A stretch of DNA of 64,000 bases from Perkinsus chesapeaki ATCC PRA-425. Taxonomy: Eukaryota > Protista > Perkinsozoa. Both the position numbers and the translations under genes were made by a program. Every line of letters begins with the position of its first letter. Position 1 is the first letter of the stretch. The DNA lies in NCBI GenBank assembly GCA_013115145.1, contig JAAPAO010000115.1, positions 8,279 to 72,278 of the forward strand, in the 5' to 3' direction. Under the pieces are notes generated by a model. It saw only the letters and a list, made by a program, of their open reading frames with translations. It did no database searches and was not told where the DNA came from. This document shows, piece by piece, positions 24,898-38,113 of the stretch.

Positions 24898-27800
24898 CTA
24901 TGCCGCCGCACTGTGAGACTTCGACTTTGAAGATTCATAATCTTGTTTATACATTTTAAGAGTCTTGTCACACTCACCAGTAATGAGCCTCTCACCGGAC
25001 CTGTGGACGATGAGGATATGCGCATGCGTGCAACTACTTACTTATCAAATGCTAACGCATAGATACTTCGTTCGCTGCTCATACTGCCTGGTTGAGGTGG
25101 AGTGTTGATGTCCTGGAATATCTGCCCTGATGCCCAATCCCAGAATAATAAATGTCCAGCATCTGTACCAGCCACCATCACCGGTGAATCCTAAAAGGAT
25201 AAATAATACCGTTTGCTACCTCCGACACCATCTGGGAGTCACAGAGGAACATCACCATCAGGTGCTTTTCAAAGCGAACAACACCGCAGTGTTTGGGGCT
25301 TCCTTTTGGAACGTTGGAAAAAAATAATTCTAGAAAGATAGTTTTTGATTGTATATTGCCATTAGGACCACTTTTCGATGGAAACCGAGGAGCACAGTGA
25401 GGCTGCTGCTGCTGCTGCTGCTCAGCAGGTTGCCGGATTTAAGACCGCACTCCACGAGAATGATGATGATGATAAATATTGAATATTAAAGGACTTAAAC
25501 GACTTGAAGCTAAATGTAAAATATTAATTTTATTATTTTATATTTTATCTATCACTTTCACTTCAGAAGTTGTATAGGAATCAGAAAAGGAACATTCATA
25601 ACTACTCCCAAAAAACAACAGCAAATTTCAAGCTTCTATTTTAGTAATGTATTTTCGATCCAGATTCGTATTCCATCTCAACACTGAAAATGCTCATCGA
25701 CTTTCAAGCAGCATCAGCGGCAGCACATAAGGCTGAAAGATATGTCTGTTAAGAATCCACTACATAGAGTCACTCCGATAGGATTGGTACTCATTGCACC
25801 CGTGTCCAGCCCGGACAGCCTCATCACTGATTCATTCCAGCCCCGCTCCTCTGGTAGGAATATCTTTCAACCTTTTGCAACTAACTATTTTTTAATCAGT
25901 TTAAAATGCGGAGGGTTGTGGGTAAAATCGCTGCTGTGGGAAATTGTGCGAAATTTTCCTTTTTCTTCTTATCGGCTGTGACATATATTCAACAACCACT
26001 TCAGCCTCCTTCTTCTTCTTCTTCTCATCACACTTACCCCTTCATCTCTTATTTGTAAACAATGCATAACTGTTCCTGGAATATTATGATCGATATTACG
26101 TTCAAATACACCATCAGGTGACCTCCATACTTTAATCTGAAAGATATTTTACGAGGTCGATTAGATGCTCTCGTAAAAGCTACATGATCCGCGGCAGCTG
26201 AAGCGAACAATGGTAATCTTGGATGGACAGCAAGAGCTCGAACTCCCTTCTTGTGATGAGTTAAGGTGGCTGAGGGAAGATACGGTAACAAATTAATCGC
26301 ACTATGAAGATTCTAATCTTTAATGTGTGCACCCGTGCAATTCGTGCATGAATACCTAATCAACCTAATCCTAAAACATATGACTGCATGAAGGATAATA
26401 TTTTGCAATATCAAACTGAGTCAAATCGAATTTCAGACGCGAGTGGAATTCTGAGATTGCGACCAAACGGTATGGATTCTGCTAACTAGATACACAGAAA
26501 GTGAAAAGCGGAAAACCGGAAAATAGGTTTAACCGAATCTCCTGGGAGTTGGCCCATTACACCGGCAATAATCGCTAATATTCCCGAAACGTGAACCAAT
26601 GGACTGATCCATATTCCTAATGAAGGTATTATAAAATCCTTACTTCTGCATTTTCCAGCTTTCAAATCCCAAAGTCTAACAGTTGAATCCATCGAACCAG
26701 ATATTGTTTGCGGCTCCATCTGTTGGGATGCCAGACAATTGACTGTACTTGTATGCCCACCGAGGACATGTATAGCGTGCTTTGTTCTAATATCCCATAC
26801 CCTAAATACAATAAATAATAATACACAATTATACAAGGAGGAGATGGCGGCGGAAGGCAGAAAATATGCTGTGATGGGGTGATTGGATTAATGTGGACGA
26901 TATAATATGCCTTATCAATGAGTTAGTAATTACGGCGGACGATTTATTTTTCTATTCCCTCTGGTAGAGGTTTCCTATAAGCGTCGAGAAAAGAAGGTAA
27001 ATTAGGAATTTGTATTTTATATTATTTTTTGGAAGATTTGCAAAGTAGCCTAGCTACCTGACTGTTGCATCTCTACTCCCTGTAAAAAGAACATCCAATG
27101 TTGGATGGGTCTCCATACAATAGACACCACTTAGATGACCATGATAATTCCGAACAACCTAAAATGATGATCAAGATATCTGACTCGAGTTGATTGCTGC
27201 TATGTACTTACAGTATTCATTTCTAAATCCCAACACTTTACTTGATTATCTTCACCACAGCTGAAAAGATACTTTAATCTTGGATGTAATTTAAGTCCTC
27301 TTATATTATGTATATGACCAGTTAAAGTCAGTTTTAATGCGCCTAAACCAAGATTTGAACCATAGCCGTCAGGAAGAGAAACAATGCCATTAACTACTAG
27401 GCCAGTATTACCGGTAGCCAAATCCCATACTTTAATCATTTTATCATTACCACCACTTACAAAGAACTCATTACTTGGATCAACATCAAGTGCACGAACC
27501 CATCCCTGAACATGAATTTATAAGATAATCGAATATATAGAGACCGTAACTAATCCAGTCCAACACGCCGACAAGAAGATTCACAGTTTTCCGAAGGTCG
27601 AAGTTCTCGACAACTATTTCATTAACAATGATGAGACAATCTTCCATTTGAATAGTAGTTCGACCTCAACCATCAACGACTACTTTTCAATGCATTATGG
27701 ACGATGTCGAGCAGAAGAAAGACGTGGCGTTGGGGTCCTGAGTCAGGCAGGACGACCAACGGACCAACGCCACTACGGAGCCAGCTCGGTGTGGCGCAAA

Positions 27801-30471
27801 GGCCGAATACCGCCATAATGGCGTTCGGCAAGGCCACCCAAACAAACAAACCTACGTCTACGGCAGAGACGAGGCCATTGCGTAGTTTGCCCAAACTTGA
27901 CGTTCGTTTGAATAAGCCCTCTAGATGGTCCATTAGATAATGCATCCACCAATACTGGCACCACACCCCTTGACGACTATTCTATTTCACAGTCCACGTA
28001 GTAGTTTTACAGTAGTTTCCTCGAACACGCTACTCCAACGTTGTATATCATCCAATACACCACACTGGGCTTCCCGGGCCATCCGGATAGCAGCTGTTAC
28101 GCCATTGTCGGTACTACGAAATCGATCAGATTCTCCCGTCTCGATGAACCAATTAGGTCCAGTCTACTTTAGTGGAAAGGCTTACTAGGAATCGATAATA
28201 GTATAATTGAGAGCTCAGAGTTATATCGATAAACATCATTCATGCTCATCCATTTCTTCATCGGCTTCACCTTGATCAGTCATGTATTGACAAGTGATAG
28301 GAAACCTGGTGAGCCGGGTCGTAGAGGGCCTTACCTAGCTCTACCAGTTTTGAGTGGCAGTTTGCCCAACGGGAGATACAAGGCGACCAAAGGAAATAAC
28401 GTTGCAGTGTGCCATGGACTGGCAAATCTTTCAGACTTTGTGATGGATGTTACTGCCGCGAATGGTGCACAGGTAGCTAATATAACAGCTACAGTTGAAG
28501 GAAAGGAAGTACATACAAAGGGGACAATTCCCCTCATGTGGCATTCCGAGAGAGGAATAAACAAACTTGGAGAGCACTGTGTTGACAGACCCAATAAGTG
28601 CTTTGGTTTTGGTACTCGTTCCGATGATGTCCACGGTTATCCTACTGTTGGTGGGGTGTTTATGAAGGATTTGATCTCGAGTCTCGACATAGACGGAAGC
28701 CGCGTGGCTCTTAGGGACATTATATTCTGCAAAAGCAAACAAGACGTAGTTGCTGGACTTTAACCTCAGAGAAAAAAGCGTCATATTTTCGGTGCTCGTT
28801 ACGGTTTCAAAATGGTGACCTCCACGGAAAGAACCGACTCTTATGTAGAGTCGAAGCCTACTGTAGCAACTGACACCGAAACCCATGCTGGATCATCGAG
28901 TGGAGGCAACTTCAGGAAGAGACTATTATCAATCGAAGCGCCGTCATCTTCCAAGAAAAGTTCGTCTCAACTGAAGCCCATTGAGGAGGACTCGAATGAC
29001 TTCTTATGTGACGAGGCTTTGGGTTATGAACCAAAATGGTTCGATGCGGATGAAAGTGACATTGGATATTCTGTGATGAATATGGATGAACCGCATGGAC
29101 ATGAACGTATCCTCAATTCCAATGACCTTTGAAATCTTCTTAGTAGCCTTGGAATGGTTGCTTGAGATTTTGGGGGACTTTAGGTTTAAAAGGTGTAATT
29201 ATTCATTTACAATATATATCATCATGTGTTGTTGATGTATTTATAAAGGGAACCATTACTTGTGTTGTTGTTGCAGTAACAGCTCATTACAACAATAAGC
29301 ATTTAATAACTAATGGGAATATTAGTTATCCATAAGGTTGAAAGGGAAGGGAGAACAGTGTTCCCGCCTCACTAGTAGTATTATCTCATTAAGTGTTGAA
29401 CATATATAAATAGCTTACAATCCACGATAGGGCCATTGTGTACCCCCATTATGACTCCTTGGCACCTTGGAGGTATAATCATACAACAGGTAACTAACCC
29501 GTCAATGTTGCGTCACAGAGGAGAAGTCTCAACAAGCAACGAACACGAGCCAATTAGTCGAACCAGGATCTCGCAATTGTGTGTCGACTCTGTGTCAAAC
29601 GGCGGCCTACAATAAGACGCGATTTCCCGTCACGCAAGTGCCGTCGTAGATTACCTAGCCAGACCTTAGGCCTGGCTAAGACTTCAAGGCAGCCGCATCC
29701 AGATGATTGTATACCAACTACACTGCTATGCAAACTTGTGGAGCAGCTGGTCTCCGGCGGAACTCGTAGAGGTCCGCCAAATGCCCCCCACAATTAACAC
29801 AGCTTTTTGAAATATTTCCCATCTTACTATCATACATCCTGCGCAAGTTCATTCGCCGGATCCCTAAGTTATCTATCGACAACACTCCAATGATGGCTGC
29901 TGCCTCCCCCCCCCTCCAAGTCCCTTCTATTATGACCTGATGTCCCTGTATAACCCTATACAGCTTCCAATCCGGATGCCATTGCTGCTTTGGCCTGTGC
30001 CTTCCTATATTCTCATTGATCGCCAAAATGCCCTTTGCTGCCGTTCCAGCCGTTCTAGCCACCAATCTGCTTTCACCAGGTAATCTATTAACACCTACAA
30101 ATGACAACAGTGCCACTTAAACTCACTTCCTCAACACACCAACCTTGGTGAGCCACCAAAGCAGTACTGGTCTTCTCGGGAGCACCACTTGATTGACCAG
30201 CAGCGGCCGCACCGGCAGTCGGCAGATTCAATACACTCATTTTCTGCCCCATTTTCGTGACGGTCAAATCGACATTGCCGAAATTGTCCTCGAAAATTCT
30301 CCTAGATTTAGCCTCCCTAATTTCCGGTGGGGAAGTGACATGATGTGGGTATATATCCTGTGCTTCAGGGCCCGGATGCCAAAGCTCCAAAGTACGCTTT
30401 TGGTTAAGTCTAACAATATCATTGAACTTAACTTGCTCTGTAGAAGACGACGACGATGCTGCTGTGGCCAT
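24898..30471 (-). CDS. PLRG1: PLRG1/PRL1/Prp46 WD40 splicing factor, multi-exon with a ~2.4-kb intron
   Basis: N-terminal [26 protein letters not shown]|[70 protein letters not shown]|[15 protein letters not shown]. Confidence 0.9.
28242..29132 (+). pseudogene. Signal-peptide ORF nested antisense in the PLRG1 intron, interrupted by one in-frame TAA (28761-28763)
   Basis: ORFs 28242..28763 and 28812..29132 share a frame, and the 48 nt between them are open ([16 protein letters not shown]). Confidence 0.55.
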
Positions 30472-30943
30472 GGTGGTAGTCAAGTAATATCAAACTTGAG
30501 AGGGATGAAGAATTGATACACAGTGAGTCGCCTTGGAATTTGATAATATATAAGCATGCTTGCAAGGTGATTTAGCAGTTTTAGATTGGGCAATATTCTT
30601 GTTTGAACAGTACCGGCGATTTCATGTACTGACGTATCTGTGTATTACTAATCATGACAACCACCTAATCATAGTAAAGGGTTTAAACTGTTGTAAGGGC
30701 AGAGATACGTAAGTGTTAAGCGGGGTAAAACATTAATGAACATCTAAGACCTATTTAATCGTCCATTATTAATTTCATAAAAAGGATATTAATTATTACC
30801 GCATCGCCGCCTCCGCCGTAAACCAGAAAATGCTATATATGAAAACATAGTAGGAAAGATAGATTATGTTGTCGGATTCCCCAACGTCCGATACTACCTA
30901 TACTTTATAAAATACAATACCAACAACATCCCTCATTATAGAA

Positions 30944-31440
30944 TCAAGCTATAACTACTGGTGCTGCCGGCCAATATATGGCCGTATAAGCCCAGCTTGG
31001 TATTGTCCGATAAGCGCCGCCGCCGCCCAGCAGACCAATCGACACAAGGCTCTTATTATCTAGGTCGAAAAATACTGCTACGATATCTTTTATATTTCGA
31101 AAAGCACGCTTGAAGCTCCTATTGTCTCGCCTATTCAACAATTGCGCATTATCTTTGGAGTTGACTACATCAATACAAGAATACATAACACAAAGCTGTT
31201 TATGAGAAAACCGACATGAACGAAGTTTATTTAACAAATCATCGGCGACTTGGGACCTTCTGAACACAACAATGAATAACAACCGAGAACAACTTTACTC
31301 GACATGAACCTCCTCCACGGCATCCAGAGAACCATAAGTTGATTTAATAATGATGATCCGAATGAATATTCTAACTTGATCTTTCCTGCACACTGCTGTG
31401 ATGTCCGCCCATCTTCTTTAAACTGACCAATCATCTGCAA
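30944..31440 (-). CDS. Possible exons of a hypothetical protein
   Basis: ORFs 30944..31282 and 31231..31440 with candidate splice sites; no recognisable motif. Confidence 0.25.
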
Positions 31441-31763
31441 CTGCGAGACCTATCCATTATAAATATAGACAAGCCATCCATTATGTATCATAACCTACTC
31501 ACAATAAGACTGGCCACCGTCTACAACTACCCTAGTAAAACTAATCAGGATATCCCTGGGATACAGGATGGGGATATCAATTCAGACCACGACAAGATCT
31601 TTCCATCAATCCGACCAAAAAGTGATAACCCTTGGATCCTATAATAGGAAAAAACAAAACCATCATTAGATTGATTAATAAACAAAAGACTAAATCAGAT
31701 ACCGCACCTCCAGAAAGTTTACCGCCATTTAACGAGTGAAATCTCATCGTTGGTTCACCACAA

Positions 31764-32921
31764 TTAAGCTTGAGTGGCCTCAGCCTCACGACCGTAGTAC
31801 TTCCTCTTCTCGTCAGCAGTCTGGAATCTACCATGACCGTACTTGGAGGAAGTATCGATGAACTTAAGGTCGACCTTCTCCAAAGCGTTACGGCTGGTCT
31901 GGGCAAGCAAGCTCTTACGCAAAGTGATGACACGCTTCTTGGGGCCGGTGACGGTACCCTTGAGCATGATCCAGTCCTCGTTGATCTCACCGTAGTGGGG
32001 GAAGCCACCCATGGGAGTGATGGCCTTCTGGGTTAGATCGTTGGAGCCCATGGCACTGTTGGGGTCGTCACGAAGAGCCTTGCCGATACGGTAGATCTTC
32101 TTGTTGATCTCAACACGGTGATGATAACCCATCTGACCAGCGCGAGGGACCTGGAACTGAACACGGGCTGGATGCCAGGCACCTATACAGGCAACCTTAC
32201 GGAGACCACGATGGGTCTTACGAGCAAGACGAGTAACGCCCCATCGAGTGGTGACACTAGTGTTACCGTGACCCTTGGTCACACCGATGACATCGACCAT
32301 CTCATCCTTGTCGAAGACAGAGGAGATCGGGACCTCCTTCTCGAAGAGAGACTGGCAGAAGTCGACCTTATCAGAGACAGAGCCACCGTTGACCTGGACC
32401 TCGACGATGTGAGCCTTCTTCTGGGTGAGCTTCACCTTGCTGACCTGGGTGTGCATTATGGCACGGACAACCTGGCAGTACTTCTTGCATCGCTGAACCT
32501 CAGCATCATGATCCTTCTCCTGGTACTTGGTGAAGGCCTTCTTCTTCGAGTGATACCAGTTCTTATAGAAGCGTCTTCGGACCTCATCAGAGAGATGCTT
32601 GGCCCAGACGGTGGTGAGAGCTCTCAAACCATTAGGGGTCTCAACGTAGCCGACGAAACCAACGCAAACCATCGGGGGAGCTTCCAACACAGTGACAGCC
32701 TCGACAACCTCCTTTCTATGGAGCTTAGAACCCGGCTTATCGACATCACGAACGATATGGGTCATGCCGGCCTTGTAACCCATGAATGCTGTCAAATGGC
32801 AGGGCTTGGATTGGTCATCCTTGGGGAATGACTTTACCTTACCCTTATGATGACGGGTACGCTTGCGGGGCAAGAAACCCAATGAACCGTGACGGGGGAC
32901 CTCAAACTTCCTATGAGACAT
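31764..32921 (-). CDS. RPL3: 60S ribosomal protein L3, intronless
   Basis: [21 protein letters not shown]...[18 protein letters not shown]. Confidence 0.99.
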   Translation of the reverse strand: MSHRKFEVPRHGSLGFLPRKRTRHHKGKVKSFPKDDQSKPCHLTAFMGYKAGMTHIVRDVDKPGSKLHRKEVVEAVTVLEAPPMVCVGFVGYVETPNGLRALTTVWAKHLSDEVRRRFYKNWYHSKKKAFTKYQEKDHDAEVQRCKKYCQVVRAIMHTQVSKVKLTQKKAHIVEVQVNGGSVSDKVDFCQSLFEKEVPISSVFDKDEMVDVIGVTKGHGNTSVTTRWGVTRLARKTHRGLRKVACIGAWHPARVQFQVPRAGQMGYHHRVEINKKIYRIGKALRDDPNSAMGSNDLTQKAITPMGGFPHYGEINEDWIMLKGTVTGPKKRVITLRKSLLAQTSRNALEKVDLKFIDTSSKYGHGRFQTADEKRKYYGREAEATQA

Positions 32922-33227
32922 CTTAAGAAGGCGGTATAGGACGGTGCCTTGGTAAAAGGTTCAAAAGGAGCTGCGACAAGTTGATCGATTTCAGCCAATT
33001 AGCTACACTCGAGTTCGATCCCGGCATGTGATGAAGATTACCGCGCGCCACAAAAATACGCGCGCGCCCGAGACTCTGCAACTTTCCATTGTTGGCCCTG
33101 CCGTGACCGAATACTCTGCTCTGTGTTATGGACGTGGTATCTGGCATTAGACAGGGAATATTAATATCCAGTCAACCTCAGAGGTTAATCCCAGTCTGCT
33201 CTCTTAGGTCATTACCCTTTTATTGTA
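32922..33227. promoter_or_regulatory. Divergent RPL3/HslU intergenic region (probable bidirectional promoter)
   Basis: 306 bp between head-to-head starts; contains GAGTTCGATCCCGGC (33011-33025) and CCGCGCGCCACAAAAA (33041-33056). Confidence 0.45.
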
Positions 33228-36200
33228 ATGGCATTGATAGCATATCATGGACATATCCGTACCATTATAAGGGGGGCTATTAGAGGGTTCTGTAATGAAG
33301 GAAATGTCGGTATGAACCATTTACCGAAGGATAGGAAAAATATGAAACCAAAGGAGATGGTCGACTATTTGGACCGGTAATAATAAGGGATATAAAACAA
33401 CAGCCAAGGTTGGCTTGTTGCCAATTAAGAAGTTTTGTCCGATTATTATTGAATCCTCATCACCGTCATCCTTTACCATGTCTTTCGGAGCTTCGGACTA
33501 GTCCAGCCATTATCAATTGATTACTCTTCATTACATCTCTGGCGAACTTGGGCAGCATTCACTGAAGACACTTTCCCACGTTCGTTGCCGAGGGGAGGGA
33601 ATCATTCGAGCTTCCAGTGGAAAAGTATTTCATTTTTTTCACTAAAACATATTAACTATCAAACGTCCGTATCACCACTAGTATTCGAGGGACACATCCC
33701 TTGTGCATGAATCAACCTTAGATACGTTATTGGTCAAGCTGACGCCAAAAGGGCGGTCGCGAATGCATTGCGAAACAGGTGGAGGAGGCAACAGTTGGAT
33801 GAAGAGCTTCGGGCTGAGATAATGCCGAGGAACATGTTAATGGTAATAATACAGGCAGGAGCTGATCAAGGATATAATAGTAAATGCTTTCATCGATCTG
33901 ATAATATTAGATTGTTATTATTCAATCTCTTTAACGTAGATCACCCATTGATGATCTTCAATCATGTCTATCCTAATAATAGTGTGAATACCAAACTGAG
34001 TGTGTTATCGTCGCTATGTTTCCTGATTATATAGGAAGTTATCTTGGTTCAAAATCTCCAGGGCTTCCTAGAGGTCAGTGAGCTTTGCTGGCCGCCGCAA
34101 GATATTAAGGAAGGATACGATACCAGCTCACTGGGGGAGCAGCCTAGGAAAACAACGAACCGTTCATGGTGGAGGGAAAATTGGGCCGAAAATGGCCTTA
34201 TCAGGAGGCAATCAGGCCCTCAAAAAGTATGTTCGGTCAACATCTCCGTCGAGTGCAAAAATGAAGCGATTGTGAATGATGCTGCTGCGGTGATGCTGTA
34301 TGGTACTATTCTCTTACACTCTAAGACGTTATTGCTGGGTTTTATATGACTTGTTCAATGGGTCTGGTTCAGGTGGGGCCGACAGGAGTCGGAAAAACGG
34401 AGATCGCGAGGAGGTTAGCGAAGCTTGTTGATGCTCCTTTCATAAAGGTGAGAACCAATTCTAGCGCGCCAGGAAATTATGAGTGAAATAGGTGGAAGCG
34501 ACAAAGTTTACGGAGGTTGGATTTCATGGACGGGATGTTGATTCAATAATCAGAGATTTATTGGAGATGGCTATGACTCGCCAGAGGTACTAAACTTGAC
34601 CTAATTTGTATCTTTCCCGCTTCAAAGTAAGATATCATTTTCTTAGATCACGACTAGAGGACGAATTGAGACCGAAGGCTACAGAAGCAGCTGAGGAGCA
34701 GATATTGAATGCATTAATTGGTATAACTTTTGGGGAATAATATCGATCGCGTGATCGATTTGGTCTCAGGTCCCATGTCCGCTCAGTCAGATAAGGAGAC
34801 ATGGCTTGCTCATTTGCGAGCTAAGCTTTTGGATGATCGGTAGTAATAATAATGATAGAGTGCTGTATGGATTGAATTATAAAGTTACACTCAGAAGAAT
34901 AGCACTTTCTATCTCAAGAATTTCGTATTTCGAAAATGACTATATAAACTGAGAATTCCTACGAACTAAGTTATAAGTGAAATACAGTTCCTTTCTTGTC
35001 GAGATATAAAGTGTAAGCCTTCGGTGGTGTTCGGATATTATTCATATCACCAAAGACTATATTTGTTTTAATGGTCTTTAACAGACATGAATACTTTATT
35101 AAAGATAATTGTATTATCAGGCAAATAAAAGTTGAAGTGCCAGTGTCTGATAATGACCTTTATCCTGAGTGGGTAGGCGGAGGGTCAGATTCGAGGAAAC
35201 CACCGCAAATAAGAGTTATACAGGTAGTGGCTAGAGGTGTCAGGAAACTGCTTGAGTGTCTCTAAGATGATTGCATAAATGCGAAGCGGTGACATTCCTT
35301 TATATCGGTCTTAGAAACTATTAGTCGCTGCTTCACTTTAAGAAGTAGCAAGTTGTTCCTAACATTGACAATTGATGGGCGAATTAAGTGGCATTAATTA
35401 TTTGTTAATTATTGCCAATAATATTACCTTAAGTATTACCATCATCACCATCTCTCTTCATCGAGGTGCCCGTCGCCGGTGGAGGATCAAATCGTCAAAT
35501 GGAAAAGAGAACAATGACAGTAGCTGAAGCTCGACAGAAATTAGTGCAGGTGAGATCAATTTCGTGGCGCGTGACCCATGAGGTGATAGTAGCAGTTCAT
35601 CTAGGTACACTTGGATAGGATGATTGATTCTGATATGATTTTGGCGTCGGCGATTCGATCGACGGAACAAGAAGGAATTGTTTTTGTGGATGAAATTGAT
35701 AAAATTTGCAATTCGTCCAAGTGGGCTAATTTCGTGGCGCGTGAGAAAAGAGGTCTTATGGCAGGGGATTTTACCATGGAAGCGATGCCTCATCCGAAGG
35801 AGTACAACGAGATTTGCTGCCGATCCTCGAGGGTTCTGATGTTAGCACAAAGTAAGGCGGAGCGAAGCGATTCACGAATACCGATTTTGTTAGGCACGGC
35901 AATGTTAATACCGATCATATATTATTTATATGCTCCGGAGCATTTCATTCTGTAAAGCCTGGCGACATGCTGGCCGAACTTCAGGTAGGTAAAGATACTC
36001 AATGCGGACTCATAGGAAGGATAATTCTCTAGAGTTCTATCCTCATAAAACTGCTCGACTTTTTATAGTATTTCGGACGACATATTTTTCCGACAGCGTC
36101 ACGTACACCGGAGCTTCGATTGTTCTAGCTTCTGTATCTTCTCGAGTGATTGTTGTCAATTTAAGAAATAATGATAGTCATAATGATATTATTATAATAT

Positions 36201-36782
36201 TGAATATTAGTAATCTTTGGTTTTCTTTAGGGTCGACTGCCGGTAAGGGTTACTCTGAGCGCATTGACCGAGCATGACTTCGTAAGAATCCTCACCGAAC
36301 CGCATCACAATCTCATAGAGCAGCATAAAGTAAGACAGCCTCTTGGTCTTTGGGGGGGCCGGGGGGCTAGTGTCGTCGTTCAGGCGCTCCTCAAGACGGA
36401 AGGAATCACATTGGAATTTCCCGAGGACGGTATTAAAGTAAGATGCGTTGATTGTCGACCCGTGGCGGAATTGGCGGCCCTCCAGGAGATCGCGAGGATC
36501 GCATTCGACTTGAACACTCATGTTGAGAACATTGGGGCGAGGAGGCTTCATACGGTGATGGAGAAGATTATGGAGGAAGTTTCGTAAGGAGTGATTGGTG
36601 TGGTGGTTATGTCGCTCTGCTCCTCTGCTGATGGGCGTGGGTTCTATCCCTTGTTTCGTCTTTTCAGATTTGACGCTCCGACGATGGGAGAAGGAACCAC
36701 GGTTACTGTCGACGCTGATATGGTGCGGTCGAAACTGAAACCATTATTGAGTAAAGGCGATTTGCATAAGTTCATTTTATGA
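33228..36782 (+). CDS. hslU: HslU/ClpY ATPase subunit of the HslUV protease, N-terminal organellar presequence-like region, multi-exon
   Basis: [21 protein letters not shown]...[11 protein letters not shown]|[94 protein letters not shown]. Confidence 0.95.
35550..35604 (+). other. 55-nt HslU intron with AATTTCGTGGCGCG motif
   Basis: GTGAGATCAATTTCGTGGCGCGTG...CTAG; junction LVQ|VHLDRMID is in frame. Confidence 0.7.
35721..35764 (+). other. 44-nt HslU intron with AATTTCGTGGCGCG motif
   Basis: GTGGGCTAATTTCGTGGCGCGTGAG...GCAG; junction SS-K-GFYHG is in frame. Confidence 0.8.
35852..35893 (+). other. 42-nt HslU intron with GCGGAGCGAAGCG motif
   Basis: GTAAGGCGGAGCGAAGCGATTCACGAATACCGATTTTGTTAG; junction [15 protein letters not shown] is in frame. 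Confidence 0.85.
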
Positions 36783-37516
36783 TGATAATTATGTTCAATT
36801 TGTCATGTTTCTGCCGATATGTATGATGGCACTCGAGTTTCAAAAAGTACCACCGCACGCGAACAGCATCATGAACCAGTCAACAGTGTTCTTGTGTAAT
36901 GCTTTTCACTGTACAACATATAGTAGGCTTCTAGGAAAGCATACAATGAGAACAGTTGCCAACGAATGAGTGCGATAGACGAGAGCGCGAGGTGACATGT
37001 CTTGGTGACTACATTAGACAGTGGCGCGCAGACAATACTGATTCTTACCGATAAATATGCAGCATAAATGGTACACCATGCGATTGTAATATTGCCACTG
37101 GGAATTCTCCAGGGCATCACACTTCGAGACTCTCTTCAGCTTGTTCTCCTTGCCTTTGAACTTGCAAGGGCGGTAGACAACACATGAAAATTATGCTCAC
37201 GGTGACGGTCACAGTCGCAAGGTGACAGGCAGATCGAAGCCGTGAAAACTTGAAGGTTTCAAACATTACTCGCCAAAACCATCATTTCGCTCACCACTCT
37301 ACAATTCGTCATCGCAGGAGTATGTCAACTAAGCAGTATTCAGTTCAAGTCGCATCACGTGTTTCTCTTGTCTTGTGGATGCAATTGTGCACGCGTGCAA
37401 AATAGACCAGGAGACGAGGAGTAAAACCCGATGCACTGCACGACAAATATCCAAGTCACGAATGAGTTTATACGCTCCCCTACACCTTTGTATTCAGGCT
37501 CTGTATTATCCCGTGA

Positions 37517-37666
37517 ATGAAAAATATTATCCTACTATTCATCGTGAACTACATTCTGTCGGAGGTGGCATGCCATGATCCTGTGGCAATTCCCTGCAAG
37601 TACGACACTGACTGCCCTGATGAAGGGCAGACCTGTGTGTATGGATGGTGTCAGCCGATAAAGTGA
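37517..37666 (+). CDS. 49-aa secreted 4-Cys peptide (not in ORF track)
   Basis: MKNIILLFIVNYILSEVACHDPVAIPCKYDTDCPDEGQTCVYGWCQPIK*; signal-peptide-like N-terminus; paralog at 40120. Confidence 0.7.
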   Translation: MKNIILLFIVNYILSEVACHDPVAIPCKYDTDCPDEGQTCVYGWCQPIK

Positions 37667-37841
37667 GATTATGTATTCCCAGTGGAATACATAGTCCTCC
37701 ACATTCCCCACTATTATTGATGTCTATGGAACCAACTGCTTCTTCGGGGGTGAATTACCAGTAAGATATTTTAACTCCACCAACCAGTGGTAACTTACAG
37801 TATTGTAATATTCTGTGCTTCTGTGTAAGGCTGCTTTTTAC

Positions 37842-37953
37842 GCCATTGGATATAGGCACTTTGTGTGCCACAGCTTTTTAAGCCATTAGATATAGGCACT
37901 TTGTGTGCCACAGCTTTTTAAGCCATTAGATATAGGCACTTTGTGTGCCACAG
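37842..37953. repeat. 40-bp minisatellite, ~2.8 copies, each with internal hairpin GGCAC-TTTGT-GTGCC
   Basis: Unit GCCATTAGATATAGGCACTTTGTGTGCCACAGCTTTTTAA. Confidence 0.95.
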
Positions 37954-38113
37954 TCAGTGTCAGTCTCAATTTTTCCTGTCTGATGATTATGGATTAACAT
38001 GGAGTATACTTATTATTGTTGAACGGCCAACAGACCTATTATAATCTTCTATCAGTACTATTCATATGTCATTCAAGTGCATTCCTTCTCTCCATTTCTT
38101 CAAGATATTCTCG

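Noticed and set aside
32118-32831. 237-aa plus-strand ORF
   Set aside because: Antisense shadow of the codon-biased RPL3. The plus-strand ORFs overlapping the subtilisins are likewise shadows.
34044-34349. 101-aa ORF inside a long HslU intron
   Set aside because: Starts at TTG, has no motif and no supporting features.
37842-37953. 40-bp hairpin repeats as a CRISPR array
   Set aside because: The units are contiguous with no unique spacers, the context is eukaryotic and there are no cas genes.
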